Assembly (NCBI RefSeq): GCF_030295425.1
Contig: NZ_AP027081.1
Coordinates: 2,108,965-2,172,964, forward strand
Direction: 5' to 3'
Origin: Mesoterricola sediminis
GTDB lineage: Bacteria; Acidobacteriota; Holophagae; Holophagales; Holophagaceae
Length of the DNA stretch: 64,000 nucleotides
Shown: piece by piece, positions 7,732 to 19,351 of the stretch
How the letters are laid out: every line of letters begins with the position of its first letter
Numbering within the stretch: position 1 is the stretch's first letter
The notes under the pieces: model-generated
What the model saw: only the letters and a program-made list of their open reading frames with translations
Told to the model about the DNA's origin: nothing
Database searches by the model: none
Position numbers and translations under genes: made by a program

Positions 7732-10599
7732 ATGTCGACCGATTCCGACCCGCGCGCTCCGTCCGCCTCCGATCCGCCCGCCTGGGCCCTGGCCCCGGGC
7801 TGCCCGCGGGCGGGCCGGTTCCTCATCGGGCCTGAGCGGGGCCACGGCGGCATGGGCCGGGTCCACGAGGCCTGGGATCCCCTGCTGCGCCGCCGGGTGG
7901 CCCTCAAGCGGCTGGCGGTCCGCGACCCGCAGCACATCCTGCGGTTCATGCGGGAGGCCAATCACCAGGCGCGGGTCAGCCATCCGGCCATCTGCCCCAT
8001 CCACGAGGTGGGCACCGAGGGGGGCGAGCCCTACATCGTCATGCGGCTGGTGGAGGGACCTCCGCTCTCCGAGCTGCGCCAGGATCTGCCGCTGCGGGAC
8101 CTGGCCTCCCTCATGGCGGAGGTCGCGGGGGCCGTGGGGGCCGCGCACCGGGCCGGCCTCGTCCACCGGGATCTCAAGCCCCAGAACATCCTGGTGGAGG
8201 GGGAGCCGGGCGCGCTCCGGCCCTGGGTGGTGGATTTCGGCCTGGCCCGGGACGTGGCCCGCGGCGACCTGACCCTGACCTGGGCCTGCGCCGGCACCCC
8301 GGCCTTCATGAGCCCCGAGCAGGCCCGGGGCGCGGAGCCCGCGCCCGGGGACGACCTCTACAGCCTGGGCGCGACCCTCTACGCCATGCTCCTCGGGCTG
8401 CCGCCCTACGAGGCCACGACGGTGGCGGGGCTCGTGGAACGCCAGGCCCGCGGCGAGGCTCCGCCGGTCCGGGCGCGGCGCCCCGACGTCCCCCGGGACC
8501 TGGAGACCCTCGTGCAGACCTGCATCGATCCGGACCCCCGGCGGCGCTATGCGTCGGCCGCCGATCTGGAGGCGGACCTGCGGCGCTTCGCCGCCGGCGG
8601 GCCCATCCGGGCCCGCCGGGTCACGCCCCTGGACCGCCTCTGGCGCCGGATCCTGCGGCACCGGAAGGCCGCCGCGGCGGTGGCGGCCTCGCTGGCCGTG
8701 GCGCTGGGGCTGCTGGGCTGGAGCCTCCGGGTGCGGGCCGAGGCGGCGCGCCAGACGGAGATGGCCACGCGGTTCGGGCTGGAGGCCAAGGGCCTCGAGG
8801 ACCTGATGCGCCTGGAGCGCCTGATGCCGCCCCACGACCTGCGCCCCGCGGAACGGCGCCTCCAGGCCGGCATGGGAGAGATCCGCAAGGGCATGGACGC
8901 CCTCGGCCGCGCGGCCTGGGGCCCCGGCAACTACGCCCTGGGGCGCATCGAACTCGCCCTGCGCGAGGACGAGGCGGCCCTGGGCCACCTGGAGGCCGCC
9001 TGGGCCGCGGGCTTCCGCACCCCCGAATGCGCCTACGGCCTGGGCACGGCCCTGGCGCGCCGCTTCGCGCGGCGGATGGTGGAGGTGCGGCTCCAGGACC
9101 GGTCCCACACCACGGTGGAGGCGGCCAGGCGGGAGCTCATGGCCCAGGTGGGGGAGAAGGCCCTCGCCTACTTCCGGCTCAGCCGGGGCCAGGCCCTGGA
9201 CCATCCCGCCCTGGGCGAGGCCCAGATCGCCAACCTCCGCGAGGAGCACGGGACCTGCATCGCCAAGTGCCAGGAGGCCCTGCGGGCCGCGCCCTGGCTG
9301 TCGGAGGCGCGGCTCCTGGAGCTGCAGGCCTCCCGGCAGCGCCTGAGCGCCCTCGACGAGGCCACGGACACCTCCGCCCGGGACCGGGTCATCGCCGAGG
9401 GCGACGCCCTGGCGCGGGAGGCCCTGGAGCGCGCCCCCAGCGACTCCGACCTGCTCGGCCTGGCCCTGGAGGACCTCACGTCGAGGGCCATCCGGGAGAG
9501 CCGCGAGGGCCGGCCCTCGGACGCCCTGTTCCGGGAGGGGGAGACCCTGTTCGCGCGCGCCATGGTGCTGCATCCCGGCGATCCGGGCCTCGTGGAATCC
9601 TACGGCCGGCTCCGCATGCGGTACGGCGTCCACCTGGGAAGCCACGGCGGGGATCCGCGCCCCGTCTACCGGGAGACCATCGCGCTCCTGGAGCGGGTGC
9701 CGCGCATCGTGTCCTCGGACAGCCTGTCCCTGCCCCTGAACTGGCTCTTCCTGGCCGGGGCCCAGGCGGCGCGGGGGGAGGATCCCCGGCCCGCGCTGGC
9801 CCGGGCCCGGGCGGGCTTCCCGGACCAGACCCCCGATATCGCGGAGGCCGGCCTGGTGGAGGCCCGCTTCCTGGACGCGCGGGGCCAGGACCCCAGGCCC
9901 GCCCTGCGGGCGGCCCTGGTCGCTGTTGACCGGTTGCTTGGCGGGGCCCAGGTGCAGGCCTTCTACCCCCTCCAGATCCGGGGGGAGATCCTCGGCCACC
10001 TGGCCCGCTGGGAGGCCGCCCATGGGGTGGATCCGGCCCCCACCATGGCCGCGGCCCGGGAGGCCACCGCCCGCAGCCTCGCCATCAAGGGGGGCAATGT
10101 CTTCGCCCTCTGGGACCACGCCCTCCTGGAGGCCCTGGAGGCGGAGCGCCGGGCCGGGCGGGGCGAGCCCTGGGAGGCGCCCTGGGCCGCGGCCCAGGCC
10201 TCGGCCCGCGCGGCCCAGGAGGCGCGCGCGGACCATTTCCGGAGCGCCTGGATCGTGGCGGAAGTGTGGCTGGCCCGGGCGCGGATCCTGGACCGGCTGG
10301 GCCGGGACCCGGAGGCCGCCCTGGCGGAGGCGGCCCGCGCGGCCCGGCGGGGCCTGGGCATCCACGCGGCCAGCTTCGAACTGCGCCTGACCCTGGCCGA
10401 GGTGCGCCGGCGCCAGGGCCGTCCCGCGGACGCGGAGCGGGAGGCGCGGGCCGGGCTGCGCGCCAAGCCCGACGCCGTGGCCCTCTGGCGGGAACTGGCC
10501 CGGGCCCTGGACCTGCAGCGGCGGAGCCCGGAGGAGGCCCTGGCGCGGATCCGGGCCCTCAACCCCGGCGGGCAGGCCGAGGGTCAGTGGACCTCGTAG
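7732..10599 (+). CDS. Ser/Thr protein kinase with long C-terminal TPR/alpha-solenoid domain (956 aa), one transmembrane segment after the kinase domain
   Basis: Hanks motifs GxGGMGRV, VALK, HRDLKPQN, DFGLA, SPE. TM segment AAAAVAASLAVALGLLGW; 550-aa repeat-rich C-terminus. Confidence 0.8.
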   Translation: MSTDSDPRAPSASDPPAWALAPGCPRAGRFLIGPERGHGGMGRVHEAWDPLLRRRVALKRLAVRDPQHILRFMREANHQARVSHPAICPIHEVGTEGGEPYIVMRLVEGPPLSELRQDLPLRDLASLMAEVAGAVGAAHRAGLVHRDLKPQNILVEGEPGALRPWVVDFGLARDVARGDLTLTWACAGTPAFMSPEQARGAEPAPGDDLYSLGATLYAMLLGLPPYEATTVAGLVERQARGEAPPVRARRPDVPRDLETLVQTCIDPDPRRRYASAADLEADLRRFAAGGPIRARRVTPLDRLWRRILRHRKAAAAVAASLAVALGLLGWSLRVRAEAARQTEMATRFGLEAKGLEDLMRLERLMPPHDLRPAERRLQAGMGEIRKGMDALGRAAWGPGNYALGRIELALREDEAALGHLEAAWAAGFRTPECAYGLGTALARRFARRMVEVRLQDRSHTTVEAARRELMAQVGEKALAYFRLSRGQALDHPALGEAQIANLREEHGTCIAKCQEALRAAPWLSEARLLELQASRQRLSALDEATDTSARDRVIAEGDALAREALERAPSDSDLLGLALEDLTSRAIRESREGRPSDALFREGETLFARAMVLHPGDPGLVESYGRLRMRYGVHLGSHGGDPRPVYRETIALLERVPRIVSSDSLSLPLNWLFLAGAQAARGEDPRPALARARAGFPDQTPDIAEAGLVEARFLDARGQDPRPALRAALVAVDRLLGGAQVQAFYPLQIRGEILGHLARWEAAHGVDPAPTMAAAREATARSLAIKGGNVFALWDHALLEALEAERRAGRGEPWEAPWAAAQASARAAQEARADHFRSAWIVAEVWLARARILDRLGRDPEAALAEAARAARRGLGIHAASFELRLTLAEVRRRQGRPADAEREARAGLRAKPDAVALWRELARALDLQRRSPEEALARIRALNPGGQAEGQWTS

Positions 10600-11330
10600 C
10601 CCCGGGTCTCGAGGTACTCGCGCAGGGCCCGGAGGTAGGCGCGGCGGGCCCGGGGGGTGCCGGGGTCGCCGGGATCGCTGTAGGCGGGATCGAAGCCGCT
10701 CTTGCGGAGGGCGTAGCGCTTGGCGTCGGCCCGGTCGGCCTTCATGCGCTCGACGCTCTGGCCCTCCTTGGGCGTGATGAGCAGGGCGTCCAGGGCGGCC
10801 TCGTCGGGGGTGGGGGTGCGTGGCTCGGCGGCGCGCTCCCGGCCTTCCGGGGGCTCCGCGACCATGTAGCCGCCCGCGGGGGCGTCGCGGTAGTACACGT
10901 TCTCATAGACGTAGTAGCGGTCGGAGCCCCACCAGAAGGTGCTGTAGCCCGGGGGGAGAACGTCCAGGCAGATGCCGATGGGGGGATACCAGCCCAGGTA
11001 GGCGCCCCGCCAGGGGCGGTACCAGATGCCGCTCGCGTAGTAGTAGGGGTGGCCGCCCCAGTAGTAGGTGGCGTACCCGCGGGGGAGGACGCGGTAGGGG
11101 GCGCCGTGCCAGCTGACGCCGCCGCCGGGACGGCCGACGGCGGGGCCGCCTCCGTGCCAGCTAGCGGAAGGCCCGCCGCTCAGGGAGCCGCGGGGGGCGG
11201 AGGGCGCGGGGCGGGGGGCCGGGGCTCCGGCGCCGCCGCTGGCATGCCAGGGCCGGCCCTGGGCCGCTCCGGGCAGGGTGGCGAGCAAGGTGAAGGCGAG
11301 GCTGGAAACGAACAATCGGGGCGTGGTCAT
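10584..11330 (-). CDS. secreted Tyr/Trp/Gly-rich hypothetical protein
   Basis: Signal peptide MTTPRLFVSSLAFTLLATLPGAAQG; YYWGGHPYYY, WYRPWRG, WYPP repeats; convergent 16-bp overlap with the kinase stop. Confidence 0.55.
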   Translation of the reverse strand: MTTPRLFVSSLAFTLLATLPGAAQGRPWHASGGAGAPAPRPAPSAPRGSLSGGPSASWHGGGPAVGRPGGGVSWHGAPYRVLPRGYATYYWGGHPYYYASGIWYRPWRGAYLGWYPPIGICLDVLPPGYSTFWWGSDRYYVYENVYYRDAPAGGYMVAEPPEGRERAAEPRTPTPDEAALDALLITPKEGQSVERMKADRADAKRYALRKSGFDPAYSDPGDPGTPRARRAYLRALREYLETRGYEVH

Positions 11331-11459
11331 GATCCGCTCCTTTCGCTGATTGGACACGCGGGCGGGCGCGGCGGTTGAGGTCCACCTCCATGGATGCCGG
11401 CCAGGTCCCGGGGGTTCAAAGGCTGCGCACGCGGCCCGGGGTTTCGCTAAGCTTTCGTC

Positions 11460-12593
11460 ATGCCCCTTCCGCCCCGGCGCATCGCCCACCTGGACATGGA
11501 CGCCTACTTCGCGTCCGTGGAACTGCTCCGGCGCCCCGACCTGCGGGGGCTGCCCCTGGTGATCGGCGGCCGGCGGCGCCCGGGTCAGGAAGGTCCGGGG
11601 CGCCTGGGGGACTACCGGGGCCGGGGCGTCGTCACCACGTGCACCTACGAGGCCCGGGCCTTCGGCGTGCGCTCGGGCATGGGGCTCATGAAGGCCGCGG
11701 CCCTTGCCCCCGAGGCCCTGCTCCTGCACGGGGACTACGAGACCTACAGCCGGGTGAGCCGCCAGTTCAAGGCGGCGGTGGTCCAGGTGGCCCCCCGCAT
11801 GGAGGACCGGGGCATCGATGAGATCTACCTGGACCTGACGGACCTGCCGGGGGAGAGCCGGGACCTGGGGCTGCGCCTGAAGGGGGCGGTCCTGGCGGCG
11901 ACGGGGCTCACCTGCTCCGTGGGGATCACCCCGAACAAGCTCCTCAGCAAGATCGCCTCCGAACTCCAGAAACCGGACGGTCTCACGATCCTGGACGCGG
12001 CGGACCTCCCCACCCGGATCTGGCCCCTGCCGGTCTCCGCGGTGAACGGCATCGGGCCCAAGGCGACGGCCCGGCTGGAGGCCCTGGGCCTCCGCACGAT
12101 CGGGGAACTGGCGGCGGCCGATCCGGCCCTGCTGGTCAGCACCTTCGGGCAGGCCTACGGGGCCTGGATGGCGGAGGCGGCCCAGGGCCGGGACGACCGT
12201 GATCTGGTGATCACCCGGGAGGCCAAGTCCATGAGCCGGGAGACCACCTTCGAACGGGACCTGCATCCCCGGGAGGACCGGGCCCGCCTCACCGAGATCC
12301 TGCTCGACCTGTGCCGTCGCTTGGCCGGCGACCTGGCCCGGAAAGGCCTGGCCGCCCGCACCGTGGGCATCAAGCTCCGCTACGAGGACTTCACCACCGT
12401 CAGCCGGGACACCTCGCCCGGATGGGCGGTGAGCGGCGAGGCCGGCCTGCGGGACGCGGCCCGGGACTGCCTGCGGCGGGTGCCCATGGACCGCCGGCTG
12501 CGCCTGCTGGGCCTGCGGGCCGGCGCCCTCGTTCCCGCCGGGACGGCCGGGGCCCCCCGGGGGCTCTTCGATCCGGATCCGGACGGAGCCTGA
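11460..12593 (+). CDS. dinB: DNA polymerase IV
   Basis: IAHLDMDAYFASVE N-terminus, SVGITPNKLLSKIAS and the GIG HhH motif; 377 aa. Confidence 0.9.
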   Translation: MPLPPRRIAHLDMDAYFASVELLRRPDLRGLPLVIGGRRRPGQEGPGRLGDYRGRGVVTTCTYEARAFGVRSGMGLMKAAALAPEALLLHGDYETYSRVSRQFKAAVVQVAPRMEDRGIDEIYLDLTDLPGESRDLGLRLKGAVLAATGLTCSVGITPNKLLSKIASELQKPDGLTILDAADLPTRIWPLPVSAVNGIGPKATARLEALGLRTIGELAAADPALLVSTFGQAYGAWMAEAAQGRDDRDLVITREAKSMSRETTFERDLHPREDRARLTEILLDLCRRLAGDLARKGLAARTVGIKLRYEDFTTVSRDTSPGWAVSGEAGLRDAARDCLRRVPMDRRLRLLGLRAGALVPAGTAGAPRGLFDPDPDGA

Positions 12594-12677
12594 CGTTTCC
12601 AAAAAGTGCGCGGGTCTTGTCCTCCGTCAAGGAATCCCGACTGGACAGGTCGGATATTGGGGGCACAGGAGGGGACC

Positions 12678-13400
12678 ATGCGCCTCACATTCGAATCCAC
12701 GGAACGCATCGGCGACATCGTGCTGGCGTGCCCAGGGACCATGCGGGTCTTCGAGCGGCTGGGACTGGACTACTGCTGCGGCGGCCACCGCAGCCTGGCG
12801 GAGGCGGCGGCCCTGGCGGGCCAGGACGTGGCGGAGGTCCAGGGGGCCCTGGCCGGCGCCGGCACCGGCGACGCGGCCGTGGCCGATCCGCGGGCCCTGG
12901 CCGAGGGGGGCCTCCGGGACCTCATCGCCCACATCGAGGCCACCCATCACGTGTTCACCCGGACGGAGCTGGACCGGGTCGCCCCCCTCATGGAGAAGGT
13001 CGCCCAGGTGCACGGCGCCGGCCACCCGGAACTGGCGGAGGTGCGCGAGCTCTTCTTCCGGCTGCGGGCCGACCTGCTTCCCCACCTGGAGAAGGAGGAG
13101 CGCATCCTCTTCCCCTACATCCGCACCCTCGAGGGCGGGGCCGCCGCCTGCGAGGCCTGCTTCGGCACCGTGCGCGGCCCCGTCTCCGTGATGCAGGCCG
13201 AGCACGAGGAGGCCGGCGAGATCCTCCGCGAGCTCCGCGCCCTCACCCGCGGCTTCCAGGTGCCCGAGGACGGCTGCGCCACCTACCGGAGCCTGCTCAT
13301 GGGCCTGGAGGCCCTGGAGGCGGACCTCCACCTGCACATCTACCTCGAGTCCCACATCCTCTTCCCCCGGGCCATCGCCCTGGAGGACGCCAACGCATGA
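12678..13400 (+). CDS. ytfE: iron-sulfur cluster repair di-iron protein (RIC/YtfE/ScdA family)
   Basis: N-terminal ScdA_N (TIGDIVLACPGTMRVFERLGLDYCCGG) plus hemerythrin-like HHxxE/HxxxE motifs; AGGAGG RBS before the internal ATG. Confidence 0.85.
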   Translation: MRLTFESTERIGDIVLACPGTMRVFERLGLDYCCGGHRSLAEAAALAGQDVAEVQGALAGAGTGDAAVADPRALAEGGLRDLIAHIEATHHVFTRTELDRVAPLMEKVAQVHGAGHPELAEVRELFFRLRADLLPHLEKEERILFPYIRTLEGGAAACEACFGTVRGPVSVMQAEHEEAGEILRELRALTRGFQVPEDGCATYRSLLMGLEALEADLHLHIYLESHILFPRAIALEDANA

Positions 13401-13407
13401 CCGACGC

Positions 13408-13439
13408 GGGCCGATGCACGCGTCAGCATGCATCGGCCC
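13408..13439. terminator. GC-rich hairpin between convergent genes (GGGCCGATGCA-N10-TGCATCGGCCC)
   Basis: Perfect 11-bp stem between the ytfE stop and the icd stop; no U-tract, so factor-dependent or bidirectional at best. Confidence 0.3.
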
Positions 13440-13482
13440 GCACAGCCGCCCTGGGGGACCCGGGCGGCGGTCCCGGCTGGAC

Positions 13483-15729
<2,247 letters not shown>

Positions 15730-15799
15730 TCAGGCCCGGGGCAGGGCCTGGGCGCAAGCGGGAACCCACATCATAACCTCAACTCCCGGCGGACCTCCG

Positions 15800-16354
15800 T
15801 CAGTCGAGCAGGTCCAGGGTGTGCGATTCGTCCGCCTCGGGCTCCGGTTCCTCCCGGCCCCGGGGGCCGTACCGGCGAGGCAGGGCGCCGGATTTGCCGT
15901 GATCCTCCTCCCCCGCCGCCTCGGTGCGCGGCGACTCCCGGACCGGCGTCACATCTCGCCGGCGGAAGGGGAAATGGAAGGACCAGAGGGCCTCGACCTC
16001 GGCGGCGTCGACCGCCTGGGGGGGACGCGCCCAGCCGCCGCCCAGGAGGGTGGCGGTGGCCCCGGGCGGGAGGCCGCTCAGGAGGGTGGCCACGTCGGCC
16101 CCGCCGCCCCGGAGGGCGGAGAGGACCTGCTGCTGCGCCTGGACGGCCTGCTGGGCCAGGGCCTCCGCGTCCGCGGCCTGGAGCCCCGCCGTGGCCGCCG
16201 CCGTGGAGGCCGGGGTCGTGGCCACGGTCACCTCGTAGGCGGGGGTGGCCGTCGGGTTGGCGAGCGTCTGGGCCTGGGTGAACTCCCCCTGGACGGCCGG
16301 GGCGGGGGTCGTGGCGCCGAGGGGGGTTGTCGCCGGGATGGCCTGGATGTCCAT
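15800..16354 (-). CDS. hypothetical Thr/Ala/Pro-rich protein, co-transcribed downstream of a STAS gene
   Basis: Very high GC3 in this frame only. Low-complexity N-terminus with conserved-looking C-terminus (WSFHFPFRRRDVTPV). Confidence 0.55.
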   Translation of the reverse strand: MDIQAIPATTPLGATTPAPAVQGEFTQAQTLANPTATPAYEVTVATTPASTAAATAGLQAADAEALAQQAVQAQQQVLSALRGGGADVATLLSGLPPGATATLLGGGWARPPQAVDAAEVEALWSFHFPFRRRDVTPVRESPRTEAAGEEDHGKSGALPRRYGPRGREEPEPEADESHTLDLLD

Positions 16355-16503
16355 GGGGCACCGGTCCTGCCTACCTCATCGGAATTGTGCAAGGAACCTT
16401 GAGGGGGGAGGACCCCTTCAACGCGCCTCCGCGCCTGGCCGGATCGGCCCCCTCGCGGGGCGAAGGGGCGAACCGGCCAGACGCGGAGCGGCGGTGCGTG
16501 GGG

Positions 16504-16839
16504 TCAGAAGCCGGCCAGGGCCTCGGCTTCGGTGTCCATGACCTCGAACACGGAATGCAGGCTGGTCATCTGCATCAGGTTGAAGATCCGGCTGTTCAGG
16601 CCGCAGATGCGCAGCCGGCCCTGCCGGTTGCGGATGGAGGTGTAGCAGCCCACCAGTTCGCCGAGGCCCGAGGAGTCCAGCACGGTGACCTTGGTGAAGT
16701 CGATGAGGATCTTGCGGTGGCCGCGCTCGAGGGCCTGGCGCACGGCCTCGCCCAGTTCCTGGTCGCCGGCCCCCAGCGTGATCTTGCCTTCAGGGGCCAG
16801 GATGTGGACGTCGTTGCTATCCCGTTCGGTGACTTTCAT
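16504..16839 (-). CDS. STAS-domain anti-sigma-factor antagonist (SpoIIAA-like)
   Basis: KILIDFTKVTVLDSSGLGELV with the conserved phosphorylatable Ser context; 111 aa. Confidence 0.8.
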   Translation of the reverse strand: MKVTERDSNDVHILAPEGKITLGAGDQELGEAVRQALERGHRKILIDFTKVTVLDSSGLGELVGCYTSIRNRQGRLRICGLNSRIFNLMQMTSLHSVFEVMDTEAEALAGF

Positions 16840-16909
16840 GGGGACCCTCCTTGGTTGAACGCTGGCTTGACCATGGTGGAACCTTGAACATCCGTCAAGG
16901 GGGTCGCTT

Positions 16910-17896
16910 TCAGGTGAAGGAGACGCCCGTCCCCCGGTTCGGCGTCGGACCGGCCTCCAGGAACCGGAGGGCGGCCTCCCGGATCTCCTCGCAGGTGCGG
17001 GCCTTCTGGACCCCCCGATAGAGCTCGTGGCCGAAGAGGAAGTTCTTGGCGTAGTAGTAGGTGAAGTCCATGAGGCGGCCGAAGGCGCGCTCCGGGGGCA
17101 TGTCCTCCAGGAGGTAGCGGTAGTGGCGGTCCCAGAGCTCGGCGTGGTCCGGCGGCTCCACGGGGAGGCCGGCGAAGGCCCGGAAGATCCAGGGCTTCAC
17201 CACGGCGATCCGGCCAAGCATGAGACCAGCCAACGGCGCGAAGGCCTCCCGGTGGCGCACCAGGTCCTCGGGCGCGCAGATGTCCCCGTTGCCGATGACG
17301 GGCAGGCGCGTGCGGGCCGCGATCCAGGCGAACTCCTCCCAGCGCGGCCGGCGCTTGAGCTTCTCCCCGGAGAACCGGGCGTGGACGGTCATGGCGTCCA
17401 CCCCCAGGTCCTCGAAGAGCCGCACCCGCTCCAGGAACCCCTCGCGCCACCGCTCCGGATCGTCGCCGAGGCGGACCTTGACGGTGAGGGTCCCGGGCCA
17501 GGCGCGGCGGAAGCGCTCCAGGACGGTCCGCAGGCGGGGGAAGTCCGCCGCCAGGGAGACGCCCCACCCGTGGGCGCGGATCTTGGGGGCGGGGCAGCCC
17601 AGGTTCAGGTCCACCGCGTCGGGGGCCAGGCTCTCCACCTTGCGCAGCACGGCCTCCAGGTCCTCCCTGCCCGAGGCGCCGAACTGGTAGATGACCTTGC
17701 CTTCGCAGGGCCGGCGGCGCGTGTAGGGGGATTCCAGGGTCTTCTCCTGGAGGAAGGCGCCGGCGCTGAGCATCTCGGTGAACAGGGCGCCGTAGCCGCC
17801 GTAGTCGGAAAGCAGCCGCCGGAAGGCGGAATGGGTGATGCCCTCCATGGGCGCCAGGAAGAGGGCGGGGGCGATCTCCTGCCCCCCGAGGCTCAT
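16910..17896 (-). CDS. dus: tRNA-dihydrouridine synthase
   Basis: LAPMEGITHSAFR, NLGCP, KVRLG motifs; real start MSLGG overlaps the MFS stop (ATGA). Confidence 0.85.
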   Translation of the reverse strand: MSLGGQEIAPALFLAPMEGITHSAFRRLLSDYGGYGALFTEMLSAGAFLQEKTLESPYTRRRPCEGKVIYQFGASGREDLEAVLRKVESLAPDAVDLNLGCPAPKIRAHGWGVSLAADFPRLRTVLERFRRAWPGTLTVKVRLGDDPERWREGFLERVRLFEDLGVDAMTVHARFSGEKLKRRPRWEEFAWIAARTRLPVIGNGDICAPEDLVRHREAFAPLAGLMLGRIAVVKPWIFRAFAGLPVEPPDHAELWDRHYRYLLEDMPPERAFGRLMDFTYYYAKNFLFGHELYRGVQKARTCEEIREAALRFLEAGPTPNRGTGVSFT

Positions 17897-19329
17897 CCGT
17901 TCGAACACGTGTCCATCCTTTCCTGGCGCTGGAGGCTCGCCACGGCCCCCAGGACCGCCAGCAGGGCCCCGGTGAGCATGGCGGCGCGGTAGCCCCACGC
18001 GAAGGCGTCCGCCGCGCCCGTCGAGGCGTGGCGCAGGAGGGCCTTCCACCCGCCCGGGCCGAGGCGGCTGGCGGCGATGCCGCCCAGGAGGGCGACGCTG
18101 AGGGCCTGCCCCGTGACCCGCATGGTGGGGAGGAAGGCCCCGGCGAGGCCCAGCTGGCGCCGGTCCACGCTGCCCATGATGGCGCTGGTGTTGGGGGCGC
18201 TGAAGGCGGCCATGCCCAGGCCCACCACCGCCAGGGCGGCCACCACCGCGCCGAGGCCCGCGCCGCGGCCCAGGAGGGCGAGGCCGGCCATGCCCAGGGC
18301 CACGAGGAGCATGCCCGCGGTGGCCAGGGAGCGGCTGCCGACGCGGTCGCTGAGGCGGCCCGCGACGGGGCTGAGGCAGGCCTGCATCACCGGCTGGCCC
18401 ATCATGACCCACCCGGCCGTGCGGGCCGGATGGCCCATCACCAGCTGGAGCTGGACGGCGGTCAGGACGCTGACGGCGTAGAGGGCGCAGTAGTTCAGGA
18501 GGGCGGCCAGGTTGGCCGACGCGAACAGCCGGTTGCGGCGCAGGAGGCCGAGGTCCAGGATGGGCTCCGGCACCCGGGCCTCCCGGGCCAGGAAGGCCGC
18601 CAGGAGGAGCGGGACGGTCGCGAGCAGGCCCCAGGTGCGCGGGGCGTGGAAGCCCCATTCCGAGGAGAAGGTCAGGGGCACGATGAGGGCGGAAAGGAGC
18701 AGGGCCATGAGGAGGGCCCCGCCGAGATCGGCCTGGCCGGGCCGGGCGCCGGAGGCCTCCCGCCGGGGCAGGAGGGCCCAGCCCCACAGGAGGGTGACCA
18801 GGCCCACGGGGAGGTTCACCAGGAAGATCCAGGGCCAGCCCAGGTGGTCCACCAGGAAGCCGCCCAGGGGCGGCCCCACGCTGAGGCCGGCGTAGACGGC
18901 CATGACGTTGATGCCCAGGGCCCGGCCCCGCTCGTGGGGGGGGAAGGCGCCGGTGACGATGGCGGCGGAGGTGGCGCTGAGCAGGGACCCGCCCACGCCC
19001 TGGACGACGCGGGCGGCCACCAGGGTGGCGCCGGAGGTGGCCAGGGCGGCCGCCAGGGACCCCACCGTGAAGACCACCACGCCCGCCAGGTAGAACCGGA
19101 CCTTGCCGGCGCGGTCGGCGAGGCGGCCCAGGGGGATCAGGGTCACGGCCATGGCCAGGAGGTAGGCCGCCTGGACCCACAGGGAGGCGCCGTACGACAG
19201 GTGGAGGGCGGGGCCCATGCGCGGCAGGGCGACGGCCACGATGGAGCCGTCCAGGGGCGCCATGAACGCGCCCACGGACGTCAGGGCCAGAAGGGCCCAC
19301 CGCCTCGGATCACCTGCTTCGACTGCCAC
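17893..19329 (-). CDS. MFS transporter, DHA2/EmrB-like (14-TMS type)
   Basis: 478 aa; repeated hydrophobic helices; motif A GRLADRAG. Confidence 0.85.
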   Translation of the reverse strand: MAVEAGDPRRWALLALTSVGAFMAPLDGSIVAVALPRMGPALHLSYGASLWVQAAYLLAMAVTLIPLGRLADRAGKVRFYLAGVVVFTVGSLAAALATSGATLVAARVVQGVGGSLLSATSAAIVTGAFPPHERGRALGINVMAVYAGLSVGPPLGGFLVDHLGWPWIFLVNLPVGLVTLLWGWALLPRREASGARPGQADLGGALLMALLLSALIVPLTFSSEWGFHAPRTWGLLATVPLLLAAFLAREARVPEPILDLGLLRRNRLFASANLAALLNYCALYAVSVLTAVQLQLVMGHPARTAGWVMMGQPVMQACLSPVAGRLSDRVGSRSLATAGMLLVALGMAGLALLGRGAGLGAVVAALAVVGLGMAAFSAPNTSAIMGSVDRRQLGLAGAFLPTMRVTGQALSVALLGGIAASRLGPGGWKALLRHASTGAADAFAWGYRAAMLTGALLAVLGAVASLQRQERMDTCSNG

Positions 19330-19351
19330 GCTGCCTCCCCTGCATCCTCCA

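Noticed and set aside
7624-10365. 913-aa minus-strand ORF across the kinase gene
   Set aside because: It is antisense to a kinase with all Hanks motifs in order. Its composition is Pro/Gly/Arg-rich.
16910-19300. 796-aa ORF joining the dus frame to an N-terminal extension
   Set aside because: The extension overlaps the MFS gene in another frame and is low-complexity. The true dus start, MSLGG at 17896, overlaps the MFS stop.
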